Source: Alphaproteobacteria bacterium (GTDB taxonomy: Bacteria; Pseudomonadota; Alphaproteobacteria; UBA828). From it: a stretch of 64,000 nt of DNA. Under the pieces are notes generated by a model. That model saw only the letters and a program-made list of their open reading frames with translations, was not told the DNA's origin and made no database searches. This document shows, piece by piece, positions 9,876 through 20,234 of this stretch; position 1 is the stretch's first letter, and every line of letters starts with the position of its first letter. A program made the translations under genes and the position numbers. Location: positions 2,880,001 through 2,944,000 of the forward strand of contig CBDEFM010000002.1 in the NCBI GenBank assembly GCA_965237415.1. Reading direction: 5' to 3'.

Positions 9876-11075
9876 ATGAAGGCCCTCTCGGACATCGTGA
9901 TGCTCGACCTGACGCATATGCTGTCGGGGCCGTTCGCGGCGATGCTGCTGGCCGATCTCGGCGCCCAGACGATCAAGGTGGAGCCGCCGGGCACCGGCGA
10001 GATGACCCGCGGCCTGCTGGGCGACGATCCCCGTTACTCCTACAAGGGCATGGGCCCGTACTTTCTCACCCTCAATCGCAACAAGAAGAGCGTCTGCATC
10101 GACCTGAAGCAGCCAGACGGGCGCAGCCTCTTTCACGAGCTTGCGGCCAAGGCGGATATCGTCGTCAACAACTTTCGCCCCGGCGTGACCGAGCGGCTCG
10201 GCATCGACCACGCGACACTCAGTGCGATCAATCCCCGCATTGTCACCTGCAGCGTGACCGGATTCGGCGAAGAGGGTCCCGACTGCGACCGCACCGCCTT
10301 CGACGTCGTGGCCCAGGGCTATGGCGGCGGGATGTCGATCACCGGCGAGGCCGCGGGCCCGCCCATCCGCGCGGGCGTGCCCATGGGCGACCTCTCAAGC
10401 GGGCTCTTCGGTGCGGTCGCCATGCTGGCCGCGCTCCATGCGCGCGAGGTGACCGGGCGCGGCCAGCATATCGACCTCTCCATGCAGGACTGCCAGGTCT
10501 CGCTCCTCAGCTATATTGCGGCGATGCACCTGCTTTCTGGCGAGGTGCCGCGCCAGTTCGGCAACGCGCATCCGATCTACGTCCCCTACAATGCGTTCCC
10601 CACCAGGGACCGCTGGCTCATCATCGCCGTCGTGAAGGACGACCAGTGGGCGCGGCTCCGGGACGTGCTGGCGAGCCCGGCCCTCGACGATGCCCGCTTC
10701 GACGGCTACGAGGGCCGGCGCGACAACCGGGAGGAGGTGGACGGCGCCATCACGGAAGCGCTCGCGGCGCGCGGGTGCGACGAGTGGCTGGAGCGGCTGC
10801 GCGCGGCCCGAGTGCCCTGCGGGCCCGTGAACGACGTGGCCCGCGCGCTCACCGACGTGCAGGTGCAGGCCCGCGACATGGTGGTTGAGATCCCGCACCC
10901 GGAGGGCGGCTCGTTCCGCACCACCGGCAACCCGATCAAGCTGAGCGAGACACCCGGCGAGAGCTACGATCCACCGCCGCTCCTCGGCCAGCATACGGAC
11001 GAGGTGCTGGCGAGCCTTTGCGGCAAGAGCGGCGCCGATCTCACGCGTCTGCGTGAGGCCGGCGTGATAGCCTGA
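9876..11075 (+). CDS. CaiB/BaiF family (class III) CoA-transferase
   Basis: LSGPFAAMLLADLGAQTIKVEPP, LNRNKKS, NFRPG, AFDVVAQ, PPLLGQHT. Confidence 0.92.
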   Translation: MKALSDIVMLDLTHMLSGPFAAMLLADLGAQTIKVEPPGTGEMTRGLLGDDPRYSYKGMGPYFLTLNRNKKSVCIDLKQPDGRSLFHELAAKADIVVNNFRPGVTERLGIDHATLSAINPRIVTCSVTGFGEEGPDCDRTAFDVVAQGYGGGMSITGEAAGPPIRAGVPMGDLSSGLFGAVAMLAALHAREVTGRGQHIDLSMQDCQVSLLSYIAAMHLLSGEVPRQFGNAHPIYVPYNAFPTRDRWLIIAVVKDDQWARLRDVLASPALDDARFDGYEGRRDNREEVDGAITEALAARGCDEWLERLRAARVPCGPVNDVARALTDVQVQARDMVVEIPHPEGGSFRTTGNPIKLSETPGESYDPPPLLGQHTDEVLASLCGKSGADLTRLREAGVIA

Positions 11076-11104
11076 TCCGCACGTAAGACGGAAGGAAGCG
11101 AGCG

Positions 11105-12019
11105 ATGGGCGACGTCATCACCGTGCACGAGGTGGGACTCCGCGACGGGCTCCAGAACCAGCCGCGCGTTGTGCCGACCGAGGGCAAGCTCCGGCTCCTC
11201 GACGCGCTGCTCGACTCAGGCCTCCGCTCCGTCGAGGCCGCGAGCTTTGTCTCGCCCAAGGCGGTGCCGCAGATGGCGGACGCCGCGGCGATCTTCGCCC
11301 GGCTGCCGCAGGATCGCGGCGCCGGGTACGAGGCGCTGGTGCCGAACGAGAAGGGGTACGAGCGGGCGGTGGAGGCCGGCGTCACCACGGTGGCGCTGGT
11401 GCTCGCCACCACCGATACCTTCAACCGGCGAAACATCAACATGTCGCTGGACGAGGCGATCCGCGTCAACGAGGCGGTGATCCGCCGGGCGAAGGCGGAC
11501 GGGATCCGTGCCCGCTCCTACCTCTCGGTGGTCGCCGCCTGCCCCTACGAGGGCGTGGTTCCGCCCGAGACGGTGTTCGATCTTGCCGCGCGCATGTTCG
11601 ACGCGGGCGCCGACGAGCTTGCGCTTGGCGATTCAACCGGCGCCGGCACCCCGCCGCAGATGGCGCACCTCTTCGAGACGCTGGCCCACCGTTACGGGCC
11701 GGAGCGCCTCGCCGGCCACTTCCACGACACGCGCGCGATGGGGCTCACGCTCACCTGGGTCGCCATCGAGTGCGGGATCCGGAAGTTCGACAGTTCCATC
11801 GGCGGCCTCGGCGGCTGCCCCTTCGCGCCGGGGGCCACCGGCAACCTCGCCACCGAAGATCTGGTGTTCATGTTGACCGAGGCTGGCTTCGAGACCGGCA
11901 TCGACGTGGGCGGCCTGCGCCGCGCCGTCGCCATCGCCGAGGAGCTGACCGGCCAGACCCTGGGCGGCCGGATCACGCCCTTCCTGGACTCGCGGGAGAA
12001 GCGCGCCAAGGCGCACTAA
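11105..12019 (+). CDS. Hydroxymethylglutaryl-CoA lyase family protein
   Basis: EVGLRDGLQN, HFHDT, GLGGCPFAPGATGNLATED. Confidence 0.92.
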   Translation: MGDVITVHEVGLRDGLQNQPRVVPTEGKLRLLDALLDSGLRSVEAASFVSPKAVPQMADAAAIFARLPQDRGAGYEALVPNEKGYERAVEAGVTTVALVLATTDTFNRRNINMSLDEAIRVNEAVIRRAKADGIRARSYLSVVAACPYEGVVPPETVFDLAARMFDAGADELALGDSTGAGTPPQMAHLFETLAHRYGPERLAGHFHDTRAMGLTLTWVAIECGIRKFDSSIGGLGGCPFAPGATGNLATEDLVFMLTEAGFETGIDVGGLRRAVAIAEELTGQTLGGRITPFLDSREKRAKAH

Positions 12020-12477
12020 GCGGGGCGTCCTGCAGGCGGCCGACGCGTCTCTCGACTGATTCGGTGGGCGTCGCCGCAATAACGCTTGACTTTTCTTCCA
12101 TGTCAGATTAGTTAGTGCGTTATGCACTCGATGCATAAATGGTCGCGAGTCTTGGCATCAGGTTCTCCTGGGAGAGACTTTATCGCAACGGACAACAGCC
12201 TCACCACATCACCAGTGTCTTTATCTTTGTCATCCTTGTACCAATATTGCCGAGTGGCCGTGCGCCACGCCCGAAACCCTCTCCAGTTTCCGTTTTTCCC
12301 GTCTGCGCCCGGCTGACACCGGGCCCTGCATTCGGCCGCATCGGGGCAGATTCGCGCGCATTGCGTGTGACTGCCTGAGCGGACGAACCCACCAACGATC
12401 CTTCACCTGAAGTTGCCGAAGTACCGGGCAGCGCCCGGACCCGTGCGCCCTGACGCGCGAGGCATGACGGAGAACTC

Positions 12478-13860
12478 ATGACCCATTCGAGACGACAGTT
12501 TCTGGCGGCCGCCGCCGCCACATTTGGCCTGGCCGGGTGTGTCGGCCCCCATGTCGCACCCCATGGGCACAGCTCGTCCTACACCAGCCAATTTCTCAGG
12601 CCGCAGAACAGGAATACCGTCTTCCACTGGGTGGATGCGGCCTTGCAGCAGGTGCGCGACCAGAGGGTCCTGACGCCTCGCGCCGCGTACAACTATGGCT
12701 TGGCCACGGCCGCCGGATTTCTTGCCGCGAACGGGATCGTCCAGGCCTATGACGAGCCCTTCGGAATCGGCGCCGGCCCGCGCGGCGCCGATCCGGAAGT
12801 CGCCTACGGCGTTGCCTTCGCGACCGCGGCGGCAGAAGCCTTCCAGCAGCCCTTTTTCTTCGAGCGCATCGGCTTCCTGAACCGTTATCCCGGGAGCGAA
12901 GCCAAGTCGCTTGGCGTCGAGTGGGGCCGCGCGGCCGGCCAAAAAGTACTCGAGATGCGCACCCACGACGGGTCCGAGCCCAGCAAGGTCAACTACTATT
13001 TCGGGCGCTACGACAGGCGTACGGATTGTTTGCGCTGGCGCCCCACCGGCCCCTTCTACAGCGCCAGTCCGGGACCGGCGTTCGCCTCGTTCGATCGTGG
13101 CCTGTTTCCGGGCCATGGCCGGATCAAGCCCTGGACGATGACCAGCGGCGCGCAGTTTCGCGTGCCCGACTTCCACGATCCGGCCAGCCCGGAATTCGCG
13201 GAGGAGTTCGACATGGTTCGCCGACTGGGCGGGGCGGACAGCACCATTCGTACGGCCGATCAGTCGGAGATCGCGCTGTTCTGGGAAGACGGCCCCTGGG
13301 GCATCACACCGCCGGGACACTTCGTCTACATCGCCATGCAGCTGCTGCAGGATCGCGGTCTCAGCTTGATCGAGCTTGCCCGCGCCTTCGCCCTGATCGG
13401 CATGACGCTGTGCGACGCTTCCATCAGCGCGTGGGACAGCAAGTACTATCACGATATCGTCCGCCCCGAGAGCGCCATCTGTGTACGGGCGCCGGAGTTC
13501 GCCAATCCGGACCAGCGGGTGGCCTGCATACCCGGCTGGCGCAGCTACATTCCGACACCAGAATTCCCGGCCTACATATCGGGTCATTCCACCTTCGGTG
13601 CCACCGCCGCCGAGATGATCGCGCTGATCCTGGGCCGCGACGACATCGCGTTCTCGGGCCGCTCGCCCGACGCGGTGTTATGGCCGCAATTGGAGGGCGT
13701 CACACGGCATTGGGCCAGCTTGACCCGGATGGCGGAAGAAAACGGGATGAGCCGCCTCTATGGCGGCGTCCATTGGGCAATCGACCACAAGGAAGCACTT
13801 AAGGCCGGGCGTGCGATTGCCCGGCAGGCCTTCCATTCGACCTTCCCGAAGAAGGCCTGA
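12478..13860 (+). CDS. Vanadium-dependent haloperoxidase (PAP2 superfamily), Tat-exported lipoprotein
   Basis: Tat motif SRRQFL and lipobox LAGC; vanadate-site motifs WDSKYYHDIVRP, FPAYISGHS, SRLYGGVHW; EIALFWED. Confidence 0.88.
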   Translation: MTHSRRQFLAAAAATFGLAGCVGPHVAPHGHSSSYTSQFLRPQNRNTVFHWVDAALQQVRDQRVLTPRAAYNYGLATAAGFLAANGIVQAYDEPFGIGAGPRGADPEVAYGVAFATAAAEAFQQPFFFERIGFLNRYPGSEAKSLGVEWGRAAGQKVLEMRTHDGSEPSKVNYYFGRYDRRTDCLRWRPTGPFYSASPGPAFASFDRGLFPGHGRIKPWTMTSGAQFRVPDFHDPASPEFAEEFDMVRRLGGADSTIRTADQSEIALFWEDGPWGITPPGHFVYIAMQLLQDRGLSLIELARAFALIGMTLCDASISAWDSKYYHDIVRPESAICVRAPEFANPDQRVACIPGWRSYIPTPEFPAYISGHSTFGATAAEMIALILGRDDIAFSGRSPDAVLWPQLEGVTRHWASLTRMAEENGMSRLYGGVHWAIDHKEALKAGRAIARQAFHSTFPKKA

Positions 13861-13864
13861 AGCC

Positions 13865-14899
13865 ATGACAACCCGCAAGACCTTGAAACGCCTGCTCCTC
13901 GTAGTGGTCATGGCCGCCGGCTTGGCTATCACCGACCACGCCATCGGGCAGGACTTCTCCCTCAATTACGAACGCCTGTCGTCGCTGGAGGAACCCATCG
14001 CGACCGAAATCGGCGACGTGACGTTGGTGCTGAACGGTCTCCTGGATACCGCGTTGATCCATGACGCGGAAGACGACGGCAACACCGATGCGGGGCTGAC
14101 CGCAAATCTCCAGGTCAGCGCTCTGACGCAGTTGTCGAACCGCTGGCGGGTAGGGCTTCGCTATTTCGGCCAGTACGTCGCCGACGACAGAGCCGATATC
14201 GAAGCGAACGATGGCTATACGGACAACGCAGCACTCACGGTGGGTGGCGCCTGGGGCACCGTGCTGGGGGGCAACGTTTCCGGCGCCGTTCGCGAACAGA
14301 CGCGGCGCCTGCGCGGGGCCGGCAACGCCTCCTTGGCGTTCGACGATGTGCTCGGCCGACTCGAGGAGCGAAGCGTGGGCTATATCGGCCGCTTCGGGCC
14401 ATGGGTCGTCGGCACTGTGGTGGACGAAGACGGGAATTTCGATCTCGGGGGGATGTACCAGCGCCCGTTCGGTACCAGGGACTATCGGCTGACGGCGAGG
14501 GTCACCGCGGGCACTTACAGCCCTGAGGGCGGGCCCGGCCGGTTCGACACCTGGGCCGTCAGCGGGGTCGGCGAGCTCGTCTATGGCAGCATGTTGTTCG
14601 ACATCGGCGTGGGACACGAACGGTTCTCGCGGCGCGGCCCGGACATCGATCGCTGGTACGTGTCCTCGGGGGCCCGCTGGAAGACCGGTGTCGTGAGCGT
14701 GTCCCTCGAAGGGCACTACGGCCGCTTCGAGGCAGAGGACGAGGTTTCCGCCGCTCTTGGCCTGCAATACGATGTGGCGCGGGGACTGTCCGCAAATCTG
14801 GGGATCAACCACGCGAACGCCAGGGTGACCCGCGATGGCCTTGAAGTCGAAGAGGTCGAGGAAACGAAGACGGTCCTTTCGTTCAGGTACAGCTTCTAG
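13865..14899 (+). CDS. Outer-membrane beta-barrel porin-like protein
   Basis: Sec signal peptide, alternating amphipathic strands, C-terminal VLSFRYSF beta-signal; 4 nt after the haloperoxidase stop. Confidence 0.75.
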   Translation: MTTRKTLKRLLLVVVMAAGLAITDHAIGQDFSLNYERLSSLEEPIATEIGDVTLVLNGLLDTALIHDAEDDGNTDAGLTANLQVSALTQLSNRWRVGLRYFGQYVADDRADIEANDGYTDNAALTVGGAWGTVLGGNVSGAVREQTRRLRGAGNASLAFDDVLGRLEERSVGYIGRFGPWVVGTVVDEDGNFDLGGMYQRPFGTRDYRLTARVTAGTYSPEGGPGRFDTWAVSGVGELVYGSMLFDIGVGHERFSRRGPDIDRWYVSSGARWKTGVVSVSLEGHYGRFEAEDEVSAALGLQYDVARGLSANLGINHANARVTRDGLEVEEVEETKTVLSFRYSF

Positions 14900-14983
14900 C
14901 CCGCACTTCTCACCATGGTCATGGTCTGCGCTGCGCCGTCGCGAACGCCGAGGAACCCACCGGCCAAAGCCCTGAACGGGCTA
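14896..14983 (+). repeat. Dispersed repeat family 3, copy A (MITE-like)
   Basis: CTAGCCCGCACTTCTCACCATGGTCATGGTCTGCGC; bounded by TAGCCCG...CGGGCTA, which supply the stop codons of both convergent genes. Confidence 0.7.
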
Positions 14984-15628
14984 ATCCGTGCCGAAGAGCC
15001 GGTCGCCGGCATCGCCCAGGCCCGGCACGATATAAGCCTTCTCGTTCAGGCACTCGTCGAGGGAGGCGGCCCACACCTCGACAGTTGCGTGGCGCTCGTT
15101 GAAGGCGCTCATGCCCTCGGGCGACGCAACCATGGCCATGAAGCGGACGTTGCCGTCGTCGATGCCGTTCCGGTTGAGCAGGTCGACCGCGTAGGACGCG
15201 GAATAGCCGGTGGCGAGCATCGGGTCGACCAGGATGAAGAGGCGGTTCGTATCCGCCGGCAGCCGCACGTAGTACTCGACCGGGCGGTGGGTCTTGGGGT
15301 CGCGGTAGAGACCGATATGGCCGAGTGGCGCGGTCGGCAGCAACTCCGCCAACCCTTCCGCCATGCCGAGGCCCGCCCGCAGGATGGGGACGATGGCCGG
15401 TTTGCGGCCGCGCAGGATGGGCGTCTCCATCGCCGTTAGCGGCGTTTCGATGGACGTCGAGTCCATCGGCAGGCCGCGGGTGATCTCGTAGCCGATGAGC
15501 AGCGCAATCTCGCGCAAGAGCGCGCGAAAGAGCGGCGTCTGCGTGGTCTTGTCGCGCAGGAAGCTCAGCTTGTGCTGCACCAGAGGGTGGTCGACCAGAT
15601 GGAGGTTGGGGAACGGATTCTCGCTCAT
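14981..15628 (-). CDS. upp: Uracil phosphoribosyltransferase
   Basis: HPLVQHKL, VPILRAGLGM, VDPMLATG, YIVPGLGDAGDRLFGT. Confidence 0.97.
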   Translation of the reverse strand: MSENPFPNLHLVDHPLVQHKLSFLRDKTTQTPLFRALLREIALLIGYEITRGLPMDSTSIETPLTAMETPILRGRKPAIVPILRAGLGMAEGLAELLPTAPLGHIGLYRDPKTHRPVEYYVRLPADTNRLFILVDPMLATGYSASYAVDLLNRNGIDDGNVRFMAMVASPEGMSAFNERHATVEVWAASLDECLNEKAYIVPGLGDAGDRLFGTD

Positions 15629-15650
15629 GACGTTATAGGCTCACCTGGGG

Positions 15651-16244
15651 TCAGAGGTCTGCACGGCGCGTGCTTGCGTGGGGGTCGCCGTAGAGGGACG
15701 GGACGATCCAGGACATCAGCAGCCGGAAGGGGATCAGCAGCGCGGCCGCCATCCCAACCTTGATCGCGAAATCGCCGAGCGCCCACGTCACCCACGGCAG
15801 GCCGGTCAGCGCGAAGGCCGCGCTGAAGAAGATCGCTGTATCCAGCGCCGAGGCCGAGAGCGAGGAGACCAGCGGCGCCCGCCACCAGATGCCCCGCCTG
15901 AGCCGGTGGAACAGCGCGATGTCGAAGAGCTGCGCGCAGATGAAGGCGAAGCCCGAAGCAAGCGCCACGCGCACGCCCTCCATGAGCGGGATGTCCGCTG
16001 CCACCGCGAGCAGGATGGATAGCCCGATTCCGAAGGGGAGGCCCACATAGGCGACCGCGCGCGCGCGCGCCGGCCCGTGGGCGCGGTTGGTGAGGTCGGT
16101 CACCAGAAACGCGAGCGGGTAGGTGAACGCGCCCCAGGTCAGCCAGTCGTTGATCGCGTGCTGAACGGCGACGTTCGAGACCCCGATCACCGCCATCATC
16201 GCGGCGATCGGGAGCCACAGTGCCAGGGGCACGCTCGCCTTCAT
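15651..16244 (-). CDS. Queuosine precursor transporter (VUT/YhhQ family)
   Basis: WLTWGAFTYPLAFLVTDLTNR, AQLFDIALFHRLR, DTAIFFS. Confidence 0.88.
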   Translation of the reverse strand: MKASVPLALWLPIAAMMAVIGVSNVAVQHAINDWLTWGAFTYPLAFLVTDLTNRAHGPARARAVAYVGLPFGIGLSILLAVAADIPLMEGVRVALASGFAFICAQLFDIALFHRLRRGIWWRAPLVSSLSASALDTAIFFSAAFALTGLPWVTWALGDFAIKVGMAAALLIPFRLLMSWIVPSLYGDPHASTRRADL

Positions 16245-16318
16245 GGCTGCGGACTATAAGGCCCGCGCCTCACGCGGCCAACGCGCCGGGCACAAAGGGG
16301 GTATGACAAGCAAAGGGA

Positions 16319-16412
16319 CCGGGCCGCAGGCCCGGAGCGCGCGACTGCGCGCCGCGCCGAATAGCGCGTAGCCAAGCGAGCGGAGCGAGCGCCCGGCGCC
16401 TGAGGGATTTGA
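16319..16412 (-). repeat. Dispersed repeat family 1, copy c
   Basis: Begins 6 nt after the rpmB stop; reverse complement TCAAATCCCTCAGGCGCCGGGCGCTCGCTCCGCTCGCTTGG...CCGGGCCTGCGGCCCGG. Confidence 0.85.
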
Positions 16413-16418
16413 TAGAGA

Positions 16419-16715
16419 TCAGTTGGCGGCGTTCGCCGCGAGCGCGTTCCTCACCTGGCGCTTGATGCGCCGCGCGTCTTGGGAGAGCCGGTCGTCCGAC
16501 GTTTTCAGCAGGTAGTTGTCGAGCCCGCCGTGCCGCTCCACCGTGCGGATGGCGCTCGTCGAGACCTTGAGCCGCACCATGCGCCCGAGCGCTTCGCTGA
16601 GCAGCGCCTTGTCGTGCAGATTGGGCAAGAACCGTCGGCGGGTCTTGTTGTGGGCGTGGCTGACATTGTTGCCGGCCAGGACGCCCTTGCCGGTCAGCTC
16701 GCAGCGGCGTGCCAT
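16419..16715 (-). CDS. rpmB: 50S ribosomal protein L28
   Basis: [33 protein letters not shown]. Confidence 0.98.
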   Translation of the reverse strand: MARRCELTGKGVLAGNNVSHAHNKTRRRFLPNLHDKALLSEALGRMVRLKVSTSAIRTVERHGGLDNYLLKTSDDRLSQDARRIKRQVRNALAANAAN

Positions 16716-16827
16716 GGTTCGCGCTCCGTGGAGGATAGAGCGGGCTATTTAGAGGGAACTTGTATTCCGGTCAAGCGCGCGCATAAGCGCGCGACCCGGT
16801 TAAGCGCACTGCGTTGCCTGCCCCGCT

Positions 16828-16855
16828 CTTGACCGCGCGCCATGAATACCCACAT
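16828..16855 (+). promoter_or_regulatory. Putative RpoH (sigma32) promoter of hslVU
   Basis: CTTGAC-N15-CCCACAT resembles the alphaproteobacterial RpoH consensus and precedes a heat-shock operon. Confidence 0.6.
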
Positions 16856-16901
16856 GGTGCGGCGCGCGATCAAGCGCCGGATGTGGGCGCGGCAGGAGGA
16901 C

Positions 16902-17465
16902 ATGACCGAGGAAGAACGGCGGGGCGGGCCGGTGTGGCATGGGACGACCGTGCTCTCCGTCCGCAAGGGCGGGACGGTGGTCGTCGCGGGCGACGGCCAG
17001 GTCACGCTCGGGCAGACGGTCATCAAGGCGAACGCCCGCAAGGTCCGGCGCCTCGGCGAGGGCGGCATAATCGCGGGTTTCGCGGGCGCCACGGCCGATG
17101 CTTTCACCCTCTTCGAGCGGCTGGAAGGCAAGCTGGAGCAGCATCCGGGCCAGCTTGCCCGCGCCTGCGTCGAGCTTGCCAAGGACTGGCGCACCGACCG
17201 CTACTTGCGCCGGCTGGAGGCGATGATGGCGGTCGCAGATGGCGAGGTCTCGCTCGTTCTCACCGGCACCGGCGACGTGCTGGAGCCGGCGGACGGGCTG
17301 ATCGGCATCGGCTCGGGCGGGTCCTACGCGCTGGCTGCGGCGCGGGCGCTGATCGAGATTGAGGAGCTCGACGCCGAGGAGGTGGCGCGGCGCGCCATGG
17401 CCATCGCCGCCGACATCTGTATCTACACCAACACCGAAGTTGTGATTGAAAAGATCGAGGCATGA
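16902..17465 (+). CDS. hslV: ATP-dependent protease subunit HslV
   Basis: [33 protein letters not shown]; AGGAGG RBS. Confidence 0.97.
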   Translation: MTEEERRGGPVWHGTTVLSVRKGGTVVVAGDGQVTLGQTVIKANARKVRRLGEGGIIAGFAGATADAFTLFERLEGKLEQHPGQLARACVELAKDWRTDRYLRRLEAMMAVADGEVSLVLTGTGDVLEPADGLIGIGSGGSYALAAARALIEIEELDAEEVARRAMAIAADICIYTNTEVVIEKIEA

Positions 17466-18772
17466 GCAGCTTCAGCCCCCGTGAGATCGTCTCAGAGCTC
17501 GACCGCTTCATCGTGGGCCAGGACGACGCCAAGCGCTCCGTCGCGATTGCGCTCCGCAACCGCTGGCGGCGCCAGCGGCTCGCCGACGATCTGCGCGAAG
17601 AGGTGATGCCCAAGAACATCCTGATGATCGGGCCGACCGGCGTCGGCAAGACCGAGATCGCACGCCGCCTCGCGCGCCTCGCCCAGGCGCCATTCATCAA
17701 GGTCGAGGCGACCAAGTTCACCGAGGTCGGCTATGTCGGCCGCGATGTCGAGCAGATCGTCCGCGATCTCGTCGAGGTCTCGATTCACATGACCCGCGAG
17801 CGCATGCGCAAGGAGGTCTCGGCCAGGGCCGAGCTCAACGCCGAGGAACGGGTGCTCGACGCGCTGGTGGGCAAGAACGCGAGCAAGGAGACGCGCGGCA
17901 AGTTCCGCAAGATGCTGCGCGACGGCTCGCTCTCCGACAAGGAGGTGGATATCGAGGTGAGCGAATCCGCGGCCTCGTCGCTGCCGACCTTCGAGATCCC
18001 CGGTATGCCCGGCGCCCAGATGGGCATGGTCAATCTCGGCGACATGTTCGGCAAGGCTTTCGGCGAGCAGAAGTCGATCAAGCGCATGACGGTGGAGGAG
18101 TCCTACGAAGCCCTGATGGCGGAGGAGAGCGACCGCCTGCTGGATCAGGATTTGGTCGTGCGCACCGCGCTGGAGAACGCCCGGAACGACGGCATCGTTT
18201 TCATCGACGAGATCGACAAGATCTGCGCCCGCTCGGACCGTCTCGGCGCCGACGTGAGCCGCGAGGGCGTACAGCGCGACCTGCTGCCGCTGATCGAGGG
18301 CACCACGGTCACGACCAAGCACGGCGCGGTGACCACCGACCACATCCTCTTCATCGCCTCCGGCGCCTTTCATCTGGCGAAGCCGGCGGACCTCTTGCCG
18401 GAGCTCCAGGGGCGGCTGCCGATCCGCGTCGAGCTGAATTCGCTTGCTCGCGATGACCTGAAGAAGATCCTGACTGAGCCCGAAAACAACCTGATTCGCC
18501 AGTACCGAGCGCTGATGGAGACCGAGAACGTGACGCTCGACTTCAGCGACTGCGCCATCGACGCGGTGTCGGACCTCGCCGCCGAGGTCAACCACGCGAT
18601 CGAGAATATCGGCGCGCGCAGGCTGCACACGGTGATGGAGAAGCTCCTGGAGGAGATCAGCTTCGAGGCGGCCGACCGCTCGGGCGAGACCATCACCATC
18701 GATGCGGCCTACGTGGAGGCCCACGTGGGCGACCTTGCCAAGGACACGGACCTCAGCAAGTTCATCCTCTGA
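17462..18772 (+). CDS. hslU: ATP-dependent protease ATPase subunit HslU
   Basis: [42 protein letters not shown]-terminal DLSKFIL. Confidence 0.98.
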   Translation: MSSFSPREIVSELDRFIVGQDDAKRSVAIALRNRWRRQRLADDLREEVMPKNILMIGPTGVGKTEIARRLARLAQAPFIKVEATKFTEVGYVGRDVEQIVRDLVEVSIHMTRERMRKEVSARAELNAEERVLDALVGKNASKETRGKFRKMLRDGSLSDKEVDIEVSESAASSLPTFEIPGMPGAQMGMVNLGDMFGKAFGEQKSIKRMTVEESYEALMAEESDRLLDQDLVVRTALENARNDGIVFIDEIDKICARSDRLGADVSREGVQRDLLPLIEGTTVTTKHGAVTTDHILFIASGAFHLAKPADLLPELQGRLPIRVELNSLARDDLKKILTEPENNLIRQYRALMETENVTLDFSDCAIDAVSDLAAEVNHAIENIGARRLHTVMEKLLEEISFEAADRSGETITIDAAYVEAHVGDLAKDTDLSKFIL

Positions 18773-18808
18773 GCCGGCACGCCCCGGCCGCCCGGCGCCG
18801 CCCCGCCG

Positions 18809-19501
18809 CTAAATTCCCAGATACTCGTCCACGATCGCCTGGTCGGAGAGCTGCTCGGGCGCGATTTGGGCAACGATGGTGCCCTTCTGCATGATCAGCA
18901 CCCGCTCCGCCAGCGCGGCGATGAAGCGCAGGTTCTGCTCGACCAGGAGGACCGTGAGGTCGAGGGCGGCGGCAAGCTCGGCGAGCTTGGCCTGGATCTG
19001 ATCGACAATGGAGGGCTGGATGCCTTCGGTGGGCTCGTCGAGCAGCAAGAGGCGCGGCCGGCCGACGAGGCAGCGCGCGAGCGCCAGAATCTGCTGCTCG
19101 CCGCCCGAGAGCGCGCGCCCCGGCCGCTCCAGCAGCGCCTGCAGCATCGGGAAGTAGTCCAACAGCTCCGGCACGGCGCTCTGCCCGCCGCGCACGATCT
19201 CGCCCATACGCAGATTGTCCATGACGCTGAGCTGCGGGTAGATGTCGCGCCCCTGCGGCACGTAGCCGATGCCGAGCCGGGCGCGCCTGTGCATGGCAAG
19301 CCGGGTGATATCGTCTCCCTCGAAGCTGATGCTCCCGCCGGTGGCCCTGATCTCCCCCATCAGCGCGCGCAGCAGGGTCGTCTTACCCATGCCGTTGTGG
19401 CCGAGCACGCCTACGATCTCGCCGCGCGCGATCGAAAAGTCGATGCCGTTCAGGATCGGGATGCGGCCGTAGCCGGCGTTGAGTCCCTCCACCTCAAGCA
19501 A
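18809..19501 (-). CDS. Urea/short-chain amide-type ABC transporter ATPase (UrtE-like)
   Basis: GHNGMGKTT, YVPQGR, LSGGEQQ, LLDEPTEGIQPSIV. Confidence 0.88.
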   Translation of the reverse strand: MLEVEGLNAGYGRIPILNGIDFSIARGEIVGVLGHNGMGKTTLLRALMGEIRATGGSISFEGDDITRLAMHRRARLGIGYVPQGRDIYPQLSVMDNLRMGEIVRGGQSAVPELLDYFPMLQALLERPGRALSGGEQQILALARCLVGRPRLLLLDEPTEGIQPSIVDQIQAKLAELAAALDLTVLLVEQNLRFIAALAERVLIMQKGTIVAQIAPEQLSDQAIVDEYLGI

Positions 19502-20234
19502 GGCCGGAGGTCCCCAGATAGACCTCGCGCACGGCCTGGTTGGCCTGAATGCGCGCCATGGTGTCCTCGGCCAGGATACGGCCCTGGTGAAACACGGTGA
19601 CGATATCGGCGATCTGGCGGATGAACTGCATGTCGTGCTCGACCACGACGATGGTGGTGGTCCGGTTCGCCTCGCGGATCAGCGCTGCCGTGCGGTTCGT
19701 CTCCTCGATGCTCATGCCCGCGGTCGGCTCGTCGAGCAGGATGATCTCGGGCTCCAGCGCCATGACCATGCCGAACTCGACCCACTGGCGCTGGCCGTGA
19801 GCAAGGGCGCCGAGCAGCTGCCAGCGGATGTCTACGAGGTCGAGCCGGGCAAGCGTCTCGTCCACCTTGGCCCGCGCGGCCCGCGCGCCGTGGCGAAAGT
19901 GGGCTGCGAGCCACAGGTTCTCTTCCACGGTAGTCCCGTCATAAACGTCCGGGACCTGGTTCTTGATGCCGATGCCGAGGCGCGAGATTTCATGCGGATG
20001 CGCGCGGCTGATGTCGCGGCCGTCGAACAGGACTTGCCCGCGAGAGGGCCTGATCTGGGCGGTGAGCATCTTGAAGAAGGTGCTCTTGCCGGCGCCGTTC
20101 GGCCCGATCAGGCAGCGGAGCTCGCCGCGCCTCAGCGCGAAGTCGACGCCGGCGATGGCGCTTACGCCGCCGAAGCGCTTCTCCAGCGCCCGCGTCTCCA
20201 GGATGACGTCGTCCTGGCGCACCGCCTCGCTCAC
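19494..20234 (-). CDS. Urea/short-chain amide-type ABC transporter ATPase (UrtD-like)
   Basis: C-terminal part of the 926-aa ORF; GTG start overlapping the permease stop; IGPNGAGKST, LAHGQRQWVE, VEHDMQF. Confidence 0.88.
   Translation of the reverse strand: MSEAVRQDDVILETRALEKRFGGVSAIAGVDFALRRGELRCLIGPNGAGKSTFFKMLTAQIRPSRGQVLFDGRDISRAHPHEISRLGIGIKNQVPDVYDGTTVEENLWLAAHFRHGARAARAKVDETLARLDLVDIRWQLLGALAHGQRQWVEFGMVMALEPEIILLDEPTAGMSIEETNRTAALIREANRTTTIVVVEHDMQFIRQIADIVTVFHQGRILAEDTMARIQANQAVREVYLGTSGLA

Noticed and set aside
16245-16418. preQ1 riboswitch upstream of the queuosine precursor transporter
   Set aside because: No preQ1 motif recognized; the space is mostly family 1 repeat
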